DNA of 64,000 nucleotides from Prorocentrum cordatum. Its lineage: Eukaryota. The notes below the pieces were generated by a model, which was not told where the DNA came from, did no database searches, and saw nothing but the letters and a program-made list of their open reading frames with translations. The stretch spans positions 310,001 to 374,000 of the forward strand of contig CAUYUJ010000259.1 in the NCBI GenBank assembly GCA_963575745.1, in the 5' to 3' direction. Positions within the stretch are counted from its first letter, which is position 1; every line of letters begins with the position of its first letter. Shown here one piece after another: positions 56,896 to 64,000 of this stretch. Position numbers and translations under genes: made by a program.

Positions 56896-59800
56896 TTGGA
56901 TTCCAAGGTCCCAGTCTACTTTAGGCGCCTCCCTGTATTCATGATCGAGCGGTCTCCCTTTTCCCTCTTCCACAAGGGGGCGGGCGGAGGTCTCAGCATC
57001 TGCTTCAGGCCCCTTCTGCCTCAGGCATCGAGATGCCTTCGCTGCGTCTTGTTGCTCTCTTTGGGAGGGCCTGAGCCCAATCTATTTTATCCGCCTTCCT
57101 ACTTCACGCTTCAGGAGGGAAAAAGATCACACAGACGCAACGAATCGTCGATTTCCAAGAAATATGAGCAACAATGGGAAGTTCGAGGGAAGACAAAAGC
57201 CCAGAAAATATTGAAAATGTGAGGAATCCTGTTATTTGTGTCTATTTATTTCTGTGTCCCAGGAACCCTTCAACGTTTCTGCCCACTTCTTCCGAAATAC
57301 GGGTGCACCATAAAGTGTCGGAGGTCCGCGCGGATTTCCTGGATCGGCGCTGGACCCCCCTCCTTGGCGCGTGAAGCGCGCCAGGGGCGCGGCGCCCCTG
57401 AGGCGCCGCCAGGGGGGATCGGGCCGCACAACCAAGAGATCCGTCTGAAAGTTTGATGGATCACCAACCAAGGTGATCGCAAGCATGGATCAAGGAGGCG
57501 TGGAGTAGCGACGGGCCCCGTTTCCATGGGAAATCGCGGATCTGCGCCGCCGAGCGAGGCGGCACCGGCCGCAGTGTGGGGAGGGCACCACCCCCGATCC
57601 ATGGATTTGGCGACCGCGCGCCTAATCCATGGATCGTTGATCCATGTTTGCGCGCCCCCGATAGTTTATGTTGATATGCCGTTTCACCTTTTCGCGCCCA
57701 AGGATTGGGCCAGGAAGAGAAAACAGAAGGGGCCCGAGAGGAGAGGAGGCGGCGCCGATCCGAGCAGTCCGCGCGGACCTTCGAAAGCTTACCGTCGGAC
57801 CGAGGTATGAGATCGAGGTCGGTTCGGGTAGGATGCCCTGATGTTCTTCGTGTTCGTTGGTTGGTCTTGTGCATCCTGGGGGAGGGTACCCTCGAACGCG
57901 CCTCATTTCGGCCGGCGGAGGGCCTCGTGTTTTCGCAGGATGCTCTGCTGGCCTAGGTCCGACTGTAGTAGTATGCTCGTGCTAGAAGTGCCTGATGGCC
58001 CAAGGTGCCCCCCACCTGGTAGAGCCCAGACGGCCTCCAGCGCACCCCTTACGAGGCCCAGAGGGCCGCGGGGGGCTCCGAAGTGGAGCGAGAAAAGCTG
58101 GGGGCACCTTGGGCCAGGAGCACGTCCCAGACTTCGACGTCGTGAGTTTCCACCTCGTTGACCCCCAAAGGTCTCCACCCCTTTCCCCAGGGCCGCGCTT
58201 TTTCATCCTGAGACCTTTTTGGGGGCGGTCCCGAGGCCCGGTAAGGGCCCCCTGGAGGCCGACAGTGGCGAAACCAATCCCGTCGTGGTTCGATGTCTGT
58301 CCACAGCGCGAGCGGCAGCAACGCCCGTTGGTACCCCGAGGTGGGCGCGATGCGGCGCGCAGGGCCCGCGGGGCCAGGCCTCGCCGGCCGCCGCCCCGCC
58401 GGCGGCGGCCTCGTCGGCGGCGGCCTCTCCTCGGTCAGCGGCGGCCGCCCTTGGCCGCCACGACGCGGAACCGCGGCGTGCAGCCCGAGCACACCCCCTG
58501 CGGGCCCAGGAGGGGCCCTGCTCCCCAGTCCCCCTCGCGCTGCGCGAAGATCAGGAGGGAAAGAAACACACAGGCACAATCAATGTTCGACTCCCAGGAA
58601 GAAATGGGAAAATATGGGAAGCGGGGGGGGAAGACAGAAGCCCAGAAGATATGGGAAAATATGGGGAGTCCTTTTATTTGTGTGTAGTTGTTTGTGTGTC
58701 CTGGGGCCCCTTCGGAAGAGAGGCGCGACGGGAGGTTCTCCGCTTTTTTCGGCCGCCCGGGGGCCCCGACGCGCCCCCGGGAGCGTCAGCAGACGGCTCG
58801 GGATGAAGAGCCGGTCCCGGGGCAGGGGTCGAGACCTCTGCGGGTCGACGTGGGGGAAACATCACGACGACGGGGCTCTGCTCTCCAAGGGCGCCCTCGA
58901 TCGGGCGCGAAGCGCTTCGCAGTTCGGCTCCTCTGATGCCCCCTCGGGGGCGGCGCGATTGCGCGAAGTCATCCTCGCCCCGGGCTCCGCGCTAAGCGCT
59001 AATAGCGCGAAGTCGGGTGCCCCTGGATCTCAGATCGTTTTGCACGTTTCAGCGAGGCCTCCTGGGGGCCTCTTTTGGGAGCCTCGTGGGGGCCTCGTGT
59101 GGGCCCCCGCCGGCCTGCCCGCAGGCTGGCCCGTGCCCTCCGAAGGAGCCCGAGCGCCTGGCTGTCCGCGGCGGCCACGCGGGTCGCCGCGCGGGTCGCC
59201 GTGCCGCCGCGCCAGGGCTCTCGCGCCGCCGGCTGACGTCGGGCCGCGTTTTCGGGAACCGACTTGGGGGATCCGTCCTCCCTCAGCGCGCCCTCCGTTG
59301 TTTTACCCTCCCCTGCGGCCGCCCGCTCCGTCCCTCCCTCCTCCCGTGGCGTGCTGGCCACTTCGCCACAGCGGTGCCCCCGTTCCGCCAGCTTCTGCCG
59401 CCGGCGCAGACGACCCCTGCCTAGCCGCCGACGCAAAAAGTTGCCAGGAGCCGTGGGCCACTTCGGGCTCACGGGGCCCCTGGATCCTGGCCTTTTCGAG
59501 GGTTTCGCAACGAGCGCTCTCGCCCCGTTTCGGGCCCCAGGAGCCCCACATGTCGGTGCGGCTCGAAAAATATCATGGCGCGGACAGATGGGGCCAGGGT
59601 CTCCAGTCGTGATTTTTGCAAGGCAATGCTGTATTTTTGTTCGCAACGCCGGGATCGCAGGGGAGTTCTAGTTTTCAGGCCGTACTTCAGTCGCTCGCCA
59701 TGGGGGAAGCTGGTCCTGAGGGAAACGTGTCTGGAGGGTTTTCGCCGTTCTCGGGGCCCTCCACGGGCCCCAGGGTTGTCAGAAAATGACTCAGGTTGAA

Positions 59801-62014
59801 GAGTTTGTCCTGGGGGAAGGCCCCAAGATCCAGGACCCGTTTCCCACGCCCCATTCCCCCATGATAATTCAGATCTGGGTCGGGGCACACATTCGGAGCC
59901 GAGGCTCGCCGTAGCCAGAAAAGCCAATTACTATCTGATTCGGCGGTCCTGGATGTGATGCACGGTGACTGAGTTTCTCTTAGACGGTGCCTGCACTTGG
60001 GGGTTCTATTTCTCTGCTCTGAGGACCTGGGCCCGTCTGCCGGTCCGGCGGCCGTGTTGCCGCTGTCGCCGCCCCGTCGCCGCCTCGTTGCCGCCCGTCG
60101 TCTGGGCCTGTCTGCGGGTCTGGCGGCTATGTTGCCGCCGTCGCCGATCCGTCGCCGCCTCGCGGCCATACAAAACATACATTGCTCCAAAGAGATTGCC
60201 CCACATCGCACGTCGATTGCATAGAACCACATAGACTGCACAAAACATCGATTGCACAACACAAGTACCATGTACTGGGGTACCAGGGGCCCGGGCCCCA
60301 GGCTGGCACGGCACACCCTTTCAGATTCCCCCCCCCTTTAGGTACTGGAAATCTGCACCCCCTTGGGGGTCCCCTTTGCTTCCCCCGCGCCGTTCAAATC
60401 ATTTCCTGGGAAGACAAATCAGCGACTAGAGCGGCCCAGCAGCGCCCCAGGACGCCTCAAGATGGCTTCCAGACAGCCGAAAAGCCTTCAAGAGGCCCCC
60501 AAGACTCCCCGAGCGGCTCCGAGATCCTCCCCAAGAGGGCCCCCGATGGCCACACTGGCGCCACCTTTAGTCAGAACCGGTTTTTGCAGGTTTAAACAAT
60601 GTTCAAGACGGTCCCAGAGGCTCTCAAGGTCGGCCCCAGGCGGCCCGACAGGCCCCCTAAGAGAGCCCCAAACCAGCCCAGAAGAGCCCCAGGGCGGTGC
60701 AAGAGACGCCCAAAACGGTATTGGATGGCCCAGAAAGGTCCCACCAAGGGGAACGCCAACTGGAATTTCGAGCCTTCCGCTCCAAGTTGACCCCCCAGAC
60801 CGCCAGCAGGCCCCCAAGAAGCCCAAAAGAGGCTTCAAGCAGCCCCAAAACAGCCCCCCAGAGGCCCCCAGAGGCTTCAAAATTGGCTCCAAGAGACTCC
60901 CGATAAGCATGACACGAGACCCCAATAGGTACGTGTCCAAGAAGCCCCTGACCCACAACTCAGGCACGGTGGTGGTATGAGCCCAAGGCCAGTAGATACT
61001 CAAATCATGATGAGCCCGGCGAATGGCGCTGACGCCGCAGATGGAGCTCCCTGCGAGGAACGACCCATATGAGGCACGTGCCGAAATGGGCGGGGGGACG
61101 CCATGCGAATGTATCCATTGGCGCCATCGGTGGAGCTCTTTCTGGTGCACGATTCGAGTGAGGGGCGTCCCGAAATGGGCGGAGCATGTTGTGCTCACTG
61201 TGGAGCGCGATGTGCGTGAGGGGTGTGCCACAATGGGCGGATGGGCAGCCTTCGTGTCTACTGGGGGCCTACGGGCTTTTGAAGGCAGGTTAGGGGGGCC
61301 TATGGGTGGCTCCCCACCTGAAAAGTGTAAGACTCAATCCATGCATGCATGGACGCCTGGATGGGTTTGTCGTGCAGAGATGTTTGTGAGGTGAACTGTT
61401 CCCGATGGATGCCCGGATACATGATTTCACGGGTGGGTCATGTGTATTCTCGGTTGTTTGGATGAAGGTATTTGGATGAAGGTTCCCTTCAATTCCAGAT
61501 GATGAGGTGTATGGATGAATATATGGTTGGATTGATGTAGGAAAGGACGGGTGTATGGATGTATGCATGTACGTTTGTGGAACAAAGTTGAGACGTTCCA
61601 GAACCGAAGCGCCCGACGGCCCCTCCAGCCCCAAGAGGTCCAAGGCTTCCAGCACGTCCAAACTGAACACGCAACCTGGCCCTAAGCCCGAGGACCCCAG
61701 TAAGTGAATCAAGGCCTCACAATACGCTCTGTGATGAACGCCAACGCAAATCGCGGCATTCACTCACTGTGTTGAGTAAGCCCTGCGCTGGAGCTGAGGC
61801 CATTCGTGGGTACGCGCATACATGCACCCGTGAACTTGTTAATGCGTGCAGCTGTGACCTTGTCAAGGGCTCCGGCCCCTGGAGGGGTGCAGTGTCCGTC
61901 TCTTCGTGCTTGGGCCGCCTGTATGCCGCCCCGGCGCGCCAATCCGCCCGGGGTGTGCGCCCCCCATGGGCCATGGGCCTCTCGGCGACGACGACGACGA
62001 CGACGACGGCGGCC

Positions 62015-62048
<34 letters not shown>

Positions 62049-62875
62049 TGACCCGCGCCCTCGACCCGCGTCCTCGTGGCCACCTCTCGCCCCCGAACGC
62101 CGACGTCATGCTTTTTGTTCCTCGACGCGGACTGCCCCCGAGCTCCCTGGAGGCCTGCGCCCCTCCCGGGGCACCGCGGCTTCTCCTCCCGAGCCTCGGG
62201 GGCCCTCAAGAGGGGCGGTGGCCACACCGTTCGGCGAGTCGATGGGGCTTCGGGGTCACCGCACGGTTTTGGGACTCGGGTCGCTCTCCGAGGACGTCTC
62301 GGGCGACTGGGGCATCCGAGGTCCCAACACCGTGCGCTGACGGACCGTGCGGTGAGGTCTTGGGGGATTTCGATGTCACCGCACGATCTCTCACCGCACC
62401 GTTTCGGGACTCCAAAGAGTCGCTGTTTGACGGTCCCAGGGCACGGTGTCGGCGGGGAGCCCAAGGTGAAGATGAGAAGGAGAAGGCGTTCTCGGAAGGC
62501 TCGGAAGTCCCCCGGCCGTTCGAGTATTTTTCAAAGCCTTCCCCGAAGGCACGGACAATATTTAAGAAGGCGCGAGGGTTTCTGAGAAGTCGCGCCGCCA
62601 GCTGAGCAGGCCTTCTCCTCATCACTTCCCCCCTCGCTCGCCGAGGACGGTGAGGTCCCCCAGAGGCCGAATACTAAAACCATCCGTCATTGGGAAGGTG
62701 CGCAGACATCGTCGATGCGGCTACGCCCCGGACCTTTCGCGGGGTGCGCTCCGACCAAACTTTCGAGGCGAATCCAGCCGTGGCGACGAGGGCCTCAGAG
62801 GATGCCCCCCAGGAGCGCAAGCGAGGCGAGGGCAGCGGTATCGGTACCTTCCTCTCCTCTGGGTCATGTGCTTGT

Positions 62876-63089
62876 TCTGGACGCCCGAAATGGGCACGGA
62901 AAGAATGGGTACGATGCCTAACAGCAGTTCTTGTTCATTCTGAACGGGGTTCGCTGTCCGCGCCGCCGCGGCCTGTGCCCATTCGAGACAGAAGGCCGCC
63001 TGCCCAACAGCGGCCGCTGTTGGGTTTGGGACAACATTTGCTGTTGGGCACTGTACCCATTCTTTCGGTACCCATTTCGGGTGTCCAAA
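62876..63089. mobile_element. MITE-like element with ~50-bp TIRs
   Basis: 62876-62926 is the reverse complement of 63039-63089 (~85% by eye). Internal palindrome cccaacagcggccgctgttggg. Confidence 0.8.
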
Positions 63090-64000
63090 CCTGTCACGAC
63101 GCGAGCGGGTCAGGGCCTCGACTTGCCGCCGAGGTGTTGACGACTCCTGCTACTGCGCCGCCATCCGGGCCTGTGGTCGCGGCGGCCGGCCGTTCGCGGC
63201 CCTGCGGCTGCTGAGGCCCGGGCCTCCCCAACGGGGCCCGAGCAGATCGGGTCGGAGGACAGCGCCACGTCGCCGAGGCACCCGCGACGCGGCGCGGCGT
63301 GGAGCCGGATCTCCTCCGCGCCGCCGCCGCCGGTGCGTGGTCGCCGAAGCATGGGTGACGCATCCGAGGTGCATGTGCGATCCTCCAGCCCTCACCACCC
63401 ACCAAACCATCCCAACCCAACCTGAAGGCTCGAATTTGCCCTCCATGCCCAGCGGGAGGGAGGGGGTCGGAGAACTCTGAAAGAACAGATTTGGAGCCTG
63501 TACCCCCCCCCCCAGCCCGAAATTCGGGCCCTCGGGCAGGGTTGGGGTGGCCTGGTAGGTCCAGTGGGGACCCATGCCAAGAAACACCCTGCTTGCCTAC
63601 ACGGTGTTCTGCATTCCTTGGGCTTCCATGGTTTTGCTATGGACACCGTGACTTCCCAGCACGAAAGATCAGTGGACGTCCTGGGGTCTCAGGGTTGGGT
63701 TTCTTGTGGGAGGTTTCTTGTGGACTGGCCTCAATTCTAGTCAAGCCTTATGTCGGGCCTGTCCCTCTACAGCATGAATTTTCCACGATAGTAAAAAATA
63801 GTCTCGGGCCGATTGTTTGAGCATTTGTCTGTCATTTGGGGATATCGTTTGACTATTTTCTAGCTGTCGTCCAAGATCCCCTTGCAGGAAGATAGGCCCG
63901 ACTTAGGTCAAGCCCCACCTGCTCGAGCCCCTTTTTCCGGGGTGGACAGACCTCCTACCCTGACACGTCGATTAGTGAATTGGCCGTTTTCGGTTCGCGA

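Overview
GC-rich eukaryotic genomic DNA, dense in microsatellites and repeats. Tiny exons, AG|G acceptors and frequent GC splice donors point to a dinoflagellate, Prorocentrum-like (inference). Most ORF-track entries are artefacts of (GGA)n/(GAT)n/(GTT)n tracts and GC-rich repeats. Four real structures stand out. (1) A full-length ~15.6 kb tyrosine-recombinase (DIRS-order) retrotransposon at 34634-50281. It has split direct repeats (A1-coding-B1-A2-B2) and inserted without a target-site duplication at a shared TTA core. Its coding region reads as one ~4,600-codon polyprotein broken by two 1-nt frameshifts and one TGA. The domain order is signal/TM + Zn-finger Gag-like region, possible OTU-like domain, C5 cytosine-methyltransferase-like domain (catalytic PC present, ~155-aa insert), RT, RNase H, a second degenerate C5-MTase-like domain, and tyrosine recombinase. 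(2) A host gene invisible to the ORF track, with at least 4-5 micro-exons between 3.8 and 15.65 kb encoding a small 8-Cys protein. (3) A degenerate 1-2 kb-unit tandem array (~28.9-55.5 kb) hosting the retrotransposon and a minus-strand RLE-type non-LTR remnant. (4) Many MITE-like foldback elements and mini/microsatellites.
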